Source of the DNA: the human T2T-CHM13v2.0 reference genome, Homo sapiens
Direction: 5' to 3' (one strand)
Length of the DNA stretch: 64,000 bases
Assembly: GCF_009914755.1 (NCBI RefSeq)
Contig: NC_060925.1
Part shown: positions 43,676-59,840 of the stretch, in pieces
Layout of the letters: each line of letters opens with the position of its first letter
Position numbering within the stretch: position 1 is the stretch's first letter
Translations under genes and position numbers: made by a program
Notes under the pieces: generated by a model
What the model saw: only the letters and a program-made list of their open reading frames with translations
Databases searched by the model: none
Told to the model about the DNA's origin: nothing

Positions 43676-46600
43676 CCCACATCTCCTTTTTGAAACTATT
43701 TTTGTCTGGTTTTCATGACTTTGCTCTGGATTGTCACAAGACTAGTAAACTTCCGCAGATGTCTCTAAGTCTCTAACTTGATACTACACTTCTGGAGTGT
43801 GGCAGGACCTGGGACATGAACCCAGCTTAGACACAGGGAGGAAGTTGGTGTAAAGAAGGGAACGGGCACAACTGGAGCCAGGGGCCTGATTGGGAAGACT
43901 TCTTGGGAGTGCTGCCTTCCCTCTGTTCTGCTTCTCTTCCCATCTCTTACATCTTTTTCTTGCTTGCCTTTCTGATCCAACTTCTTAAAGTTAGTAGGAC
44001 CCAAGTTTCAGTGTTCCATTCCCATTCAACCTTCTTATCCCTTCTAATACTTCAATGATCATATCTACACAGATAAATGTCTCTTGACCTTTCTCCTGAC
44101 CATCAGCCCATCATCTCTTATGACTTGCTAGGGACTTCCAACCACATCCATCCCAAATCTCAAACTTAACTTTAGGGGTGCCATTATTTCTTCATACTGC
44201 CTTGCACTGTGGTCCTTTCCTCTCAATTCCTTCCACTCCAACTCCCTTCCACTTTCCCACCACCTCTCTCCTGCTTCCCACTTCCAGTCCTCCCAACCCG
44301 TACCTGGGCTCCTCATCCTGCTGCCTCTCTTTTCCCTCAGAGTCATCTTTCCCCGAAAGCCTAGTTGGTACAGATTCCCCGCTGCTTCAGAATCTTTAAT
44401 GGCCCCTTCTTGGTGATGAGAAAAAAGCTCAACCCCTTAGTTAGCCTGGCATTAAAGGCCTTTCACAACCTGGCCTTCACCTTCATCTCTGAAGTCGCCT
44501 TCTCTGGATTCTCGCCAAGATGAGCTGTCAGCTGCAGGTTGGGGGTTCTCTTAGACAAGCCATGTGGCTTGACTCTCAATTTTCCTCTTGCCTGAGAGAC
44601 TCTCCCTGTCTTCTCTCCTCTTTCACAAAGACCACCTGAGCCCATAGTGGTTTTCTGCCTCCTCCGAAGTTCTAAGTAACTTTAAAAAATGTGTCTCTGT
44701 GTACTCCCCAAAGAGCCAAGACCCCTGCAGGCAGAACCTGTATTTTATTTGGGTGCAGAAAGTTTGCTGGGCAATCCAGTCCTGTTGGATGCACTGCCTG
44801 TTACTAGCCATGCTGTGGGCAACTCTCTGCATCTCAGTTTCTTTGGTTTATTATAAAATTGGAATGATTCCTTCCTGCTTTCCCAAATGTTGGTTGTAAT
44901 AATCAAAAGAGCAAATGGATGAGAAAATGCTTTGAAACTCTAATAATAAGCAATGTCAGATATTGTCAGTTTTCCTTTCCAATCCCTGGCTTGTCTGTCT
45001 ATCCGTATCCATCTTTCTTACTATAAACAATTAAGTGTAAAGCAGACTTCTCAGCTTTAAGCTTTGCCTGGAAAGAACAATTGCAAAGGGCTATCACTCC
45101 TTAAGCCCCAGGACATAAGAAGATTACCAGCTGGGCACAGGGAGCTGGGATCCTTCTGCCAGGCTGCTTAGATGATGGGTGCCCGGAGGAGCAGGTACTT
45201 ACCATCTGTCAAGGCGTCTGGCTCATGCTCAAGAATGCAGCTCAGTTTCTCAGCTGACAACACACATCTGACCCAAGGTGTGAAGCTCAGGATCTCAGAC
45301 ATGTGTGATCCAGGATGATTCACTTCCCTGTATGGTCCTGTGAGAACACTTTCGCCTTACGCATTTTCTATTACTATCATGGCCACCAGTGGAATGCAGA
45401 TATTTAGTCTCTGCTCACTCCATTTGCCACCACTGCCAAATGGCCGATGCTGCTGAGGGCTCTTCTCAAACTGGCAGGTGTGTTCTCCTTATCACCTGTC
45501 TCATGTGTGTTTCATTTTCTCTTCTCAATTTCTCCAAGGTTAGGATTAAAAAGAACACATTTATTTATTTATGACTTTATTTAGATAGGTACAGTGCTGA
45601 TGGTGTGCAAGCCAATTTCATAGGCTTATTCTTAGTTGGTCCTTATTGCTGTGAAGTTCACTGCCTTAAAATTTAAAATGTGAGGAATCACAGGAAGTGG
45701 AAGAAATAATTGCACCTGGGATCCTGAACCATGTCACTGCAGACCTGCTTACCTACTGCCTTATTGCATGTCCTCTGTTACGTGTGAGCCAGTCTCATCT
45801 ATTCAAGTAGCCTGTTATTTTTTTGAATTGATAGACTTTATTTTTTCTTTTTATAGAGACAGAGTCTCTTTATATTGCCTAGGCTGGTCTCCTGGACACA
45901 AGTGATCCTTCTGCCTTGGCCTCCCAAACTGCGGGGATTACAGGCGTGAACCACCGTGCCCGTGTCCGACCAGTAGACTTTATTTTTTGAGATGGAGTTT
46001 TGCTCTTGTTGCCTGGGTTGGAGTGCAATGGTGCGATCTCGGCTCACCACAACTTCCGCCTCCTGGGTTGACTATTTTTAACAGCAGTTTTAGGTTTGCA
46101 GAAAAACTGAACAGAAAGTACAGAGTTCCTGTATACTCCCTCCCCTTCTCCACAGCTTCCTCTATTATTAACATCTTGCATTGGGTTGCACATTTTTTAC
46201 AACTGATGAGCCAATATTGATACATTACTATAAACTGAGGTCCATAGTTTACATTAGGGTTCACTCGTTGTGTTATACATTCAATGGGTTTTGCCAAATG
46301 CATAATGTCGTGTATCCACTGTTACAGTATCCTGCTGAATGATTTCACTGCCCTAATAATCTCCTGCGGTCTGTCTATTCATCCCTTTTCCCTTCTCTTT
46401 GCCGCCAAGCAACCAGCTAATTTTTGCATCCCCCGCAATGCCTAGCACTGCTTGTGTATCCAGGAGGTGCTAATTAAATGCATAGGTTGGTTGATGGCAA
46501 CAGTAACCAAAGAGATGAAACCATGGATTTAATGTCTATGAGAATATCAACACATAGTCTTGGTGTGCTCAGGCAGCGCTTCTAGAACCATCATCTGTAG

Positions 46601-47426
46601 CAAATCATGGGATGTTCCAAATCAGCTCTTCATGAGCAGGAAGGTGGAAAGCCTCTGGATTAGGACAAAATCTTCTCAATGAGTGAAGTGCTTTAGTCAG
46701 CGTCTCCTGGGAAGGGCTATGGTTTGATCACGGTGTGCAGCTTTGCTGTTTCAAGGGCCCTGGGGGCAAACCAGTCAGATGAGCTTCTGGCATTGACCTT
46801 GTGCAGGAGGGGCAGCTGGAGCTGTGGGTGAGTGCACATTTCATTGGGCAAGTGCTTTTGCAAGAGGCTCAAGGGCTGTCGGTGCTATTCGTTCCCCAAT
46901 AGTGTTAGCTCATTCAATGTCATTTCCTGGAAGACAGGTAAAGAAAATAGATGATTTTGATTGTTAGGGAGAATGACTTCCTTTGAAGAATGAATGGAGA
47001 AAAATGCCTTCCTGACAAGATGATAAAACCTCTTTATAATACTTCATGCAAACTTCGACTAAATCATCTTATTTCTCAGTTGGGGAGGTGAAATGAATAA
47101 TAGCAGAATAGGGGAAGGGAAGATAGAAACTAGCAATGATTGAGGGTTGCTACATATGAAACTGTTCAAATGCATTATGTCATTAGAGTCAGTTCTTGCC
47201 ATATATGCCTGAATGGAAAGAATTTTGCACAGATAACTTTTTTGAATGTCTATTTGGCTTTAGAATTCACATTCAGTTGTTTTGATAGAGGGGTAGGCAG
47301 CTGCAGATTGACCTTTCCAAATCCATGGGAACCAGGCTGGTGATAAAGTCGGCTGTCAATCACTAAGCAAAGCTCGGCAGATGGGTGGTGGAAGATGACC
47401 TGGGAGCAAGGAATATCTTTGGTGGA

Positions 47427-47797
47427 TGACATGATTTGGCTGTGTGCCCACCCAAATCTCATCTTGAATTGTAGTTGCATTAATCCCCATGTGTGGTGGG
47501 AGGGACCTGGTGGGAGGTAATTGAATCATGGGGGCAGTTACCTCCATGCTGTTCTCATGATAGCGAGTTCTCACGAGATCTGATGGTTTTATAAGGGGCT
47601 TTCCCACCTTCACTCTGCACTTCTCTTTCCTGCCACCATGTGAAGAAGAACATGTTTGCATCCCCTTTCATCACGATCATAAGTTTCCTGAGGCCTCCAT
47701 AGCCATGCTGAACTATGAGTCAATTAAGCCTCTTTCCTTTATAAATTACCCAGTCTCGGACATGTCTTTATTAGCAGCATGAGAACTGACTAACACA
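47427..47797 (+). mobile_element. THE1 MaLR solo LTR
   Basis: tgacatgatttggctgtgtgcccacccaaatctc...gactaacaca; perfect TSD gtgga. Confidence 0.9.
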
Positions 47798-48360
47798 GTG
47801 GAATTGTAAACTGTTTCCAGTGGTCATCACTGGTCTTCAGTCTCTGTTCTCACATGCTGTAGCATGGCCTCAGGGATGTATTCTCATCCTCTTCTACACC
47901 CTTGCTGGAGCCTCCTCACCTGAGTGGCCTCAGGAACGGGTAACTACCAATCAAATGATATATTGAAAGGTTAAAAACCCAGAGGCTAAATAGATCCCTG
48001 GAGATTGAAAAAGGAAGTTGTTCAATATTGCCTCAAGATTTTCATGATGTACTTTCAGACCCCTAAGTTTCCTTATGTACCACATATACATACACTTCAG
48101 TTCAAACTCTGGCTGTTTAGAAGGCTAGTTGAGATGTAATGACTTCTTGTTCTTTGAGAAAGCGCAAAAAGCTGACTGGAGTCAGAGCAAAAGAAGTAGT
48201 GGTTGCTTTTCTCAATAGGCAAAAGGTGAAGGGAAGTGGTAATCATATTCTCAGAGGTTTCAGGCCAAAGACTTGGAGATGGCAACCCATTGTGAAGAGA
48301 GGGTCAGGTAACAAAAGCCTTCAAAACCTGACCAAGATGATTAAAGTAAAAATTCCTTAG

Positions 48361-48964
<604 letters not shown>

Positions 48965-49749
48965 TAAAATAAATTATATACATTATTTTAAATTGTAAAA
49001 ATCCAAAAAGCCAAAAATTTTTAAAAGAATGAGATAAACAGTATCTTTCAAATAATGAAAAAAAAATGGTATATAATGTTAGATTTAGGCTTGGCTTCAT
49101 ATAAGAAAAAACAACTAATGGTGGCATAAACAAGGTAACAATTTTTCTCTGTCCCATAAAGGAAATCTAAAGGAAGGCAATCCAGCAGGGATATGGCAAC
49201 CCCACAAAGTTGTCATGGAACCAGACTAATTCCAGTTATCTGCTTTGCCATTACTAAGCTGTGGCTTTGTCTTCAAGGTTCAAGATGGCGTCTAGAGCTC
49301 CAGCCATTGTATCCATAGTCCCAGATGCCTGATGAATGAAAGAAAAGTCTCCTCTTCCCCTTTAAGATTTCTTTAAGTCCCATAAAACATTTTGAAACCA
49401 GATTGGAAGTCTTTTAACCTTCTGATTCCAACCTAGAGCAAGGAAATCCCCCAAGGAGTGCTCTACCATGTGAAATCTTCTCTTCCCCATGTTGTCATGA
49501 TCCTGCCCTCATGTGCTCTGACTATTGCCAAGCCTTGGATTTCATTTCTGGAATAATGCCTTGCTCAATATTAGAACCACTTTAGTTAGGATTTGGGGGA
49601 GGCAGCATGATTGAAGAACGTGAGTGCTGTTGACGACAGTATTGTTGGTGAAAGCAGCTCCAGTTCCACAACTTACGATCTGAGACATCGTGTGGCCATT
49701 CATGTACAGGCTTTCAGAACTGAGAGAACTTTGGTAGACTAATCAAGAT

Positions 49750-50130
49750 GAGATAGGTTATCCGGTGGCAACAAAGATACCTACGTCTCAGTAGCTTAAT
49801 TCAATGTATGCTTCCTTTTCTCTTGTTCATGTTTTATGTTTTATAGAAGTTTACAGGCAAGATCCTACTCACAGAGGCTCTTGGGATCAAGGCTGACAGA
49901 AGCTCCATCTGAAGACTTTTATACTATAGAGGCAGAAAAAGAGTGATGAATCAAGCACTGGCTTCTAAAGCTTCCGCCCAGATGGGAAGCATATCTCCTC
50001 TGCTCACATTTCCCTGACCAAAGCCAGTCACATGGCCATCCTCAGCTTCAGAGAGGTTGGGAAGGCATTCCCACTATGTGTCTGGATGCCAGCAACTCAG
50101 AAATATTTGGTGAGTGCCTCTGTGGCTACT
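49750..50130 (-). mobile_element. Old MLT1 (K/L-like) LTR
   Basis: ctctgctcacatttccctgaccaaagccagtcacatggcc...gaaatatttggtgag, typical of an antisense MLT1. Confidence 0.65.
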
Positions 50131-50593
50131 GGTAGTTTAGTTCTTATGCCTATGTTCCAGTTTTGTCCTCTGAAAGGCCAAATCTGAAATTCAAAATCTT
50201 ACAAACAGGTTTATACTTGAAAACGGGTAAACATTCTCATAACATAAAGCTTAATAATATTCATGAGCTTATTTTTGCAAACTCTGCATCACACCGAAAA
50301 GAGAAGTTCTCTGGCTTCCTCAGCTCAGGGGCTGTCTCATTACTTGGTCCCTAAGACCACAGCTGGGGACTGGTTCTACCTACTATGGAAGTTTCACCAG
50401 CCAGGACAAAATAAAAAAGAAAGGAAAAACCAGGATAAATGAGCTTTTGAGAAAGCAAAATTCACTGTTTTTAAGGAACTGTCCTAGCTTCTATCACATA
50501 TGTATTATTTTTTTGAGGTTAAAAGAAGGCTTTTCTATATGAAATAGTGGCGATGGTAGTTGGTAGAAGTTTTTTTTTTTAAAAGAAATGTAT

Positions 50594-50897
<304 letters not shown>

Positions 50898-52969
50898 TTA
50901 CTTGGCAAAATAAAATGTTAGTGTCATTATATATCTCACCTTCTTGTTTTTTCTTAAATTTTTAGCAACCAGCCATGAAACAAAAGTTTAAAAGCCACTC
51001 ATCTGGTTTCCCCTTTGTTTTCAAAGAAGGAAGCTAGAAAATTAAGTGATGTATCCCCAAACACACACATTTAATTGGAGAAAGAACCCCTAATCAATTC
51101 TTGAATTCAAATTTCAAATTAGCTGAATGGCATGAACCTTTCTTCCCCTGGAATAGCCTTACAGAGACCTCACCATTAACAGCATCTGCAAGAGAAGATT
51201 AAAGCACACGATTACTTTACTCACTGTGTAACACATGAGGAACATGGACGAGATGGGAAAAAGGTGAGTGGCTTAACGTCAAGCACTTCATTAATGAGAT
51301 GAACTCCTGACTTTGGACAGTGGTCCACTTACAGACGCTGTCTTTGAAACTGCCTGCAGAGCCTCCTGAGATCTTCTAATATGGCTGTTGAATTGGGGCA
51401 TTTAAAAGCTTCTGATGGTTGCAATGTGCATCAGTTTTGGGGGACAGGGAGGTCCCCTCTCTCTCATTAAGAAGACACAAGCCAGGAATTTATACTGATC
51501 AGACAACATAAAAATCAGCTGTGAGAGGATTGGGTCAGAAAACCAATGAAGAGAGGTTGGCCAGAAGATTAAAAATCAGAAAAAGAGGCTTGAAATTGCT
51601 GAGCTTTCTAATGATAATAAGGTTGCCACCTATTATTATGGCCACTCATGTTGTCCCCCTGTATATGAGAGCTGTGAGAGTAACAAAGTGTTACGTGTCA
51701 AGGGTCACATGTGACAATCAATGTGAAAGATGGAAAGAGAGGGCTGGTGCCTATCACCTAGGAATGATAGGTGATATGGCCGAGGTGATAAACAGTGAGA
51801 GGGGGGCGAGTGTCTCTTCCTCGGTGGAAGTTGGAGTAAATGTAGACACGGATAGAGAACAAAGTCTACTTATTCAAAACCGAGCAGCCAGGGGAGGAGC
51901 AGTCCTCCCACAGTGAACTATTGAATTGTGAATAAATCTCTGACTGGAGAGATTCTGAGTCAGGGGGATTAGCTGTTCCTATATTACATGTGGTAAACTG
52001 GCAGAAACAGGTTTAAACCATTGAGTGGTAGGTCTTTAGGCAGAGTAAAATTAATGTACCCTTCCTTAATGGCTTTGGCTGTTTGACCATGTAAACGCAT
52101 TTTGAGTATCACATCTCTAGCGGAGGCTAATCACTGGGAGGTAAAGATGACCACAAGTTGCAGGCATCTCGGGATCACAGGTCTAGAGCGGGAGCCTGCA
52201 GCCTCTCTGCCAGTTTCCCATGAATTATCTCACTATTGTGGCTTTAAGACAATATGCACTGCAAAAGGAAGGTTATTTACATTATATATTTAGCCTAACA
52301 CTAGGATAACATCCTTTGGCATGGCCACTATCTGATGGTATTTGAAACTGAACCAACTTCCTATTTCCAGGCATTAACAAATGAGAGTCTTCATGTTGTC
52401 TAATGTTATTTCCTGAGTTTAAGACTGATTTCTTTTCTCCAATTCATTCACATTTCTTTAAAGAAAAGATCTCCTTTAAACAATTAAATTTCCCAGAATT
52501 GTTTGAGCATTGTTATTGTTCTCAATGAGAATATTTCCTATTTAACTCTAGTTATGTAACTTGATGGGAATTTTCTTCAGTATCTATCATTGCCATACTC
52601 AGAGAATTTGCAGGACACTTGACAGATAAATCAACCAGCCTGTCAAGAGTCAGAATCTTAATTTAGATCATTCATTCCAACAAGTCTCTGGGCAGACAGG
52701 ATGCAAAAATGAATAAGGCATGGCATTTGCCCTCAAACAGCTTACAATTTAGAAGGGGAGATGAAAAGGAACATTGATTGTATATAAAGCATGATTGTCA
52801 TAGCCCTTCTCCTGTCTCATCTTCCTCTGGGAATAAAATTAAGGGAAGGGGGAGAGAATATTATGCATGAAAACACAGCATACTTATTTGCTAAGTATAA
52901 GTCTCATTATATGAATGGAGAGTGACAGTTTGTACTCAGGCATCAGAAAATGCCATTTTCTCTAGTGAG

Positions 52970-53210
52970 AGAACAGTATATGATTGTGGGTAGGAATATG
53001 GGCTCTATAGCCAGATTTCCTGGGCCCAAATCCCTGCTCGGCCACTTACTGTGTTTGAGATTTTGAGTAAGTTCTAACCTTCTGTGCCTCAGTTACCTCG
53101 TCTAGAAATGGATATGAAACCAGGTTATTGTAAAGGTGAAATACCTTTAACAAGTTTAAATTGTATAGAATAGTGTCTGTCATGTTGTAAGTGTCCATGA
53201 GTTATTATTA
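52970..53210 (+). mobile_element. MIR
   Basis: Core ggccacttact...aaccttctgtgcctcagttacctc. Confidence 0.75.
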
Positions 53211-53241
53211 GTAAACTTCTAAGAGATTTCCATATTCTTAA

Positions 53242-53664
<423 letters not shown>

Positions 53665-55651
53665 CTTTAGAACCTTTTATTTTACAAAACTTTTTAAAAA
53701 GGATACTCTGTATCCTTTAAACTACACCTCTTCATTTTCCCCTTTCCCAGTCCCCAGCAGCCATCAGTTTACTTTCTGTTTCTAGGAATCTTACTACTTA
53801 GTTACTTCATATAAGTGGAATCATATAGTATTTGTTACCTGGCAAAAGAGTTGTACATTTTACTTCCTCTGAGCTCCTAGATTCTGGCTACAATTTCATA
53901 CCTCTAGTATTTCATGTTCATTGACTGTGTAAATGTAATCTGTAGATATGCATAATTTCAATGCAACAGAGCAACTGCTGATCCTGCTAGTGATGCAAAG
54001 ATTCTAGGCTATGACCTCAGATTGTGTCAGCATGGCATTACTCCATTTCCAATCTCATGAAGACTTTGGTAGTATTCACAAGAAAGAGTTGTCCAGTAAT
54101 TTAAATTTAAAAGATTGATAGAACAATCATCCCTTCATCATTTGCTCTTTGTTATCCTCTCTGTGGACAACCTTTACATGTCTTAGCAGCCAGAACTTAG
54201 AAGCAGAGGGAAACTATAGATGTCATTTGTTTATTTGCAGGCAGCAGGATTCATGGTGTCTAATCTTCACCATGACATTTAAAGTAGGCACATTTGGGGA
54301 TGGCTGTCCAAAGTGATGGTCTCCACTTGCCCCTCATTCAGGGTTGGTTTCCTGGGGGCTATGCTTGTCTTGTGTTCCTATGGGGTCCACTTCTTCAGTT
54401 ACACTTGATGACCTGAGAGAGGGACCCCCGACCTACTGAGCTCACTAGGATCTTGCTCCTAAAGATCCAGAATCGGCTCCAAGAGGGTCGAGCTCTTCAT
54501 GTGGCTGGATTACAAACAGGTAAACTTGGAAGCAACTGGAAGCAGATGTGCAGAAAAAAGTAGGGATGAGCAAGACTTCCAGGGTCCTTCTGGCTTTCCA
54601 GAGCTGGCTCTAGTGTTTCCAGAAGACCAGCTTCCTTATGCCTTCAGACTCCATGAAATGACTCTTGTTTCCTCACCAAAATTTGTTTTACTTCAGTTAG
54701 AGTATATTGGTTTTGGTTAGTTGCAATTAAGAGTGCTAATTAATACAGCATTGTGTTGGAATGAGAAAGCTGTCAAAAAACTAAAGGAAGACTGCTATAG
54801 TACCCACACCAGAGATTTGGAGTTGGGAGGTTTACCAGTGAGGGATCAATTGGAGAAGGAGAACCACTATAAGTATTGTGGAATAAGGAATGTATTACAG
54901 GAATTAGACCTCACACAATTGTGAGAAAAGCTGGAGAAGCAGAAGTCTAAAAAGGGAGATGAAGGATCTGAGAAAGGTGTTTAACCAGCCCTGTGTGGGT
55001 GAATGAGTTGGGGCTTACAGAAAATCTGGGAGCTATGTATGTACAGCTGTTGGAGGAGGACTGTAAAGGGGCTGGTATAGACATCTACAGAAGGTTGATG
55101 GTTCTGTGTCTACTTCCTCTGTGAATGTGCAGACAAGCATCTCATAGGGAGCCTGGGGCTGCTATTGGTCCATAGAGCTAGTAGTTGAGGAGGAGACCTG
55201 GGCATGGAATAGGGAGAGACAGGGCAAACTGGAAACCACCAGCACCTTTGCATCTGTCTCTGACTGTCTCCAACCAACAGTAACCTTAGAACAAAATGAC
55301 TACTGCTCACTGCCACCTCCCAAATATTATTCTTTTGGCCAAGTGTAGCTGGGATCCATTCAGGGAAGGTGATTCTGCAAAACATAGTTCCCAGAATAAT
55401 CAAGGTGAAAATAGAATAATCTTGCACACAGGTCTTTGATAAGACTAGGAATATATAATACATAACAGCTAGGAAAAAATATATAAATTTTCCCCAAGTG
55501 CTTATAATGAACAAACATATTTGGGAACCATATCCACCTAGCCTAGTCAACTAAATTAAAAGCTGGAGTCATCTTAGATGCTTTCCTCTCAATTACCCTC
55601 AACATCTAGTTACCAAGTTTCATATAATTTTACTTCCTAAGTGTCTCTTGA

Positions 55652-55978
<327 letters not shown>

Positions 55979-57059
55979 CAGCCATATCTTCTCTATCCTT
56001 GTTACAAATGCTTATGGTGTCTTACCTGGAACTCCTACCTGTTTCCTAATCAGTCTTTCTGCATCTACCACAAATCTGTCCATACTACCACTACAGAAGG
56101 GGGTCCCAACCCTCACTGTGCTTTAGAATCACCTGGAGGGCTTAAAAAAATCCATTGCCTGGGCCCCACTCTAGACCATATATCGGACCCTCTCACAGCA
56201 ACCTTCTATGGTACCACCATTACCTTTGTTTTGCAGATGAGCAGACTGAGACTTAGCAGAGGGTTAAATAACTTCTCAAAGTCCACAGCTAAGAAGTAGT
56301 GGAGCTTGGATATAGTGCCGTTATCTGAGTGCAGAGCGTATCCTCCTAACCACATAGTATGATGCCTTCCAGACTATGCCACAGGGCTAATGAGACGGTT
56401 GGTAGGACCAGTAGTGGAGGTATGGAACACAATTAGAAGTACAGAATTGAGGGGAAAAGAATGGGAATGGTTTTCAATTTGGTTGGTTTGAATGGATTCT
56501 TAGACAACCAAGTGGTGCTGTTGAGGGGGCAGTTGGAAATACAATGAAGCTCAGTCTAATTTAGGGCTAGTGAGGGATGGACAGGAGGAAATGGATACAA
56601 AAGACAATTCTGAGGTGGAAAGGACAGGATCCAATGGCTGAATGAAAGGGCGAAGGTGAGCGGGGATGTAGGATTGGCTGGGAGGAGAAGAAGAGAGTAA
56701 AGCTATCTTGAAGAAAATTTAATACAGGAAAGGCAGCAGTTTTGGGAATGTGCTAGAGAGGACTATGAGAATAATTTTGGTGATATTAACTTTGAGAACC
56801 CAGCAGAATCTGTAAGTTGGAAATATGAATCTGGAGTTTGGGAGAGAGGTTGCAGTCAGGGATTCTGATTGAGGTTGCATCGGGTGGTTGAAACCCTGGA
56901 AGTGGATGAGAGGGATGAGTAAGGTCAAGTATGAGGGATGCTCAAGAAGAGAAGCAAGCCATGGATTAAATTCTGGGGAGATCCAAGATAAGGGGTGGGG
57001 AGAAGGGGAGAAACTAATGAAGGGGACCCAAAGAAAGGAGTGAGCAAGTGGGAGGAGGA

Positions 57060-57216
57060 CAGGAAGACAGATAGATAGATAGACAGATAGATAGAGAAGA
57101 CAGAAGAGAAAGAGAGAGAGAGGAGAAAGAGAGAAACGGAGAGAGATAAAGAGAGGAGAAAGAGATAGAGAGAAGAAAAAGATAGAGAAAGAGGCAAAAG
57201 AGAGAAAGAAGAGAAA
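57060..57216. repeat. (GATA)n / GA-rich low-complexity tract
   Basis: Read directly. Confidence 0.9.
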
Positions 57217-57534
57217 GATTTATTTTAAGGAATTGGCTCACTTGATTTTAAGGTCTAGCAAGTTTGAAATTTGAAGGGCAGGCTGCTAGGCTAAAAATTC
57301 AGGCAGGATTTGAAGCTTCTCTCTCTCTGTTTCTCTCTCTCTTTAGGCAGGGTCTCACTCTATTAGCCTGGTCTCACTCTATTAGGCTGGAGGGAAGTGG
57401 TGCAATCACTGCTCAGTGCAGCCTCGACCTCCTGAGCTAGAGTGATCCTCCTGCTTCAGCCTCCCAAGTAGCTGGGACTACAGGTACAGGCCACTGTGCT
57501 GGCTAATTAATTTTTTTTTTCTTTATAGAAAGGG

Positions 57535-58778
57535 TTTTGACAAGCAATGGGTAAAGAATTTCCTAAATGGTGATGGGATAACTGGCTAGTCATATGCAGA
57601 AGATTGAAACTGGACCTCTACCTTACAGTTTATACAAAGTTAACTAAAGATGTATTAAAGACTTAATTGTAAAACCCAAAACTATAAAATCCCTGCAAGA
57701 CAACCTAGGCAATACCATTCAGGACATAGGCATGGGCAAAGATTTCACGACAAAGATGCCAAAAGCAAAAATTGACAACTGGGATCTAATTAAACTAAAG
57801 AGCTTCTGAACAGCAAAAGAAACTATCAACAGAGTAAACAGACAACCTACAGAATGGGAAAACAATTTTGCAAACTGTGATCTAACAAAGATCTAATATC
57901 CAGCATCTTATAAGGAACTTATATTTACAAGAAAAAACCAAACAACCCCATTAAAAAGTGAGCAAGGGACATGAACAGACACTTTTCAAAAGAAGACATA
58001 TATGTGGACAACATTCATATAAAAAAAGCTCAACATCACTGATTATCAGATAAATGCAAATCAAAACCACAATGAAATACCACCTAACACCGGTCAGAAT
58101 GGCTATTACTAAAAAGTCAAAAAATAACAGATGCTGGAGAAGTTGTGGAGAAAAAGGAACACTTTTACACTGTTGGTGGGAGTGTAAATTAGTTCAGCTA
58201 TTGTGGAAGACAGTGTGGTGATTCCTCAAAGACCCAAAGACAGAAATATTGTTTGACCCAACAATCGTATGACTGGGTATACACCCAAAGGAATATAAAT
58301 AATTCTATTATAAAGACACATGCACACACATGTTCACTGCAGCACTATTCACAACGGCAAATATATGGAATCAATCTAAATGCCCATCAATGATAGGCTG
58401 GATAAAAAAATATGGTACATATATACCATAGAATACTATGCAGCCATAAAAAAGAATGAGATCATGTCTTTTGCAGGGACATGGATGGAGCTGGAGGCCA
58501 TTATTCTTAGCAAACTAACACAAGAACAGAAAACCAAACACTGCATGTTCTCACTTATAAGTGGGAGATAAATGATGAGAACACATGGACGCATAGAGGG
58601 GAACAGCACACACTGGTGCCTTTTGGAGGGCGGAGGGTAGGAGAAGGGCGAGGATCAAGAAAAACAACTAATGAGCACTAGGCTTAATACCTGGGTGACA
58701 AAATACTCTGTACAACAAACACCCATGACACAAGTTTACCTATGTAACAAACTGAACTTAAAAGTTAAAAAAAAAAAA
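57535..58778 (+). mobile_element. Older L1PA 3' fragment inserted in the middle of an antisense AluJ (57340-57530 plus 58779-58862)
   Basis: ORF2 C-terminal and 3' UTR sequence ending in poly(A); Alu halves on either side. Confidence 0.88.
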
Positions 58779-59840
58779 GAGGTTCTTATTATGTTGCCCA
58801 GGCTGATCTCAAACTTCTGGACTCAAGTGAACTTCCACCTTGGCCTCCCAAAGTGCCTGGCCTTAGATATTCATACATTTATTTATTTTTAGAGATGTGG
58901 TGGGGGTGTGGGGGGTCTCTCTCTGTCACCTGGGCTGGAGTGCAGTGGCCCCATCATAGCTCACTGAAGCCTTGAACTCCTGGACTCAAGCAATCCTCCC
59001 ACCTAAGCCTGCCGAGTAGCTGGGACTACAGGAGTGCACTACCATGCCGGGCAAACACACTGATTTTAAGTACAACTGTGTGCTTTCAGTCTTAAGATCT
59101 TCAGCTTTTGAAGGACCTCAGCCTTCCTCTAGTTCTAACTCCTCTCGTTCTAAGGAGATCCTTCCCATTCCTGCAGAACGTCTCCCCAACCCTTCTTCTT
59201 CACAGTTCTCCCTCCTATCCCTGAACCATTGCAAGAGGTTTTGTGCCAAGCCTCTGGCACATGGCACATTCTATCTCATGTTGTGATTTCGTTTTCTATG
59301 CACGTGCTCTCCTTCTAGCCTGGAGGTGAGCTGCTTAAGGGCAAAGAGCTCATGTGTAGCCCTTCCTTGTACCCATTGTCCTATAGCAGGTGCTACCTAG
59401 GGGGTGCTCCAGTAGCTTCCTTGAATGAACCAAAGAGAAGGGGTGAAGGGGGGAGTCAGTTGCCTAGGAGCTTGCATGGACTTCTGTGTCCTGGAACCAG
59501 CCCGGAGCTGCTGGAAGATGCTAGAAGTTGGAATCCTATCTCATTTCTAAACATCTGCTCCCACTCATCTCTTTCCAGGGTCATCAGTTATCCCCACTCC
59601 TCCCCCCCGCCCCCACTTTGTATAAATGAGCCCCTCACATCCCTCCATCTTCTCCATCACTGTGTGGTCACTTCTTAAATCATGCGTCTGGAAGGCGCCC
59701 TCCTGTACCCCATCCTGGAGGCTTCCTGCACTTCCCCTCTTGTTTCTTCCAGAAATGAGTCAGAGTGAAAGCAAACTTTCTGAGGTCCTGAGATCCCGGA
59801 GACAGGCTGTGAGGGCCGCTGGCCCCGCCCGCTCCAGCAG

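Noticed and set aside
59621-59627. TATAAAT upstream of DISC1
   Set aside because: About 450 bp from the ATG and outside the CpG island; nothing ties it to a TSS.
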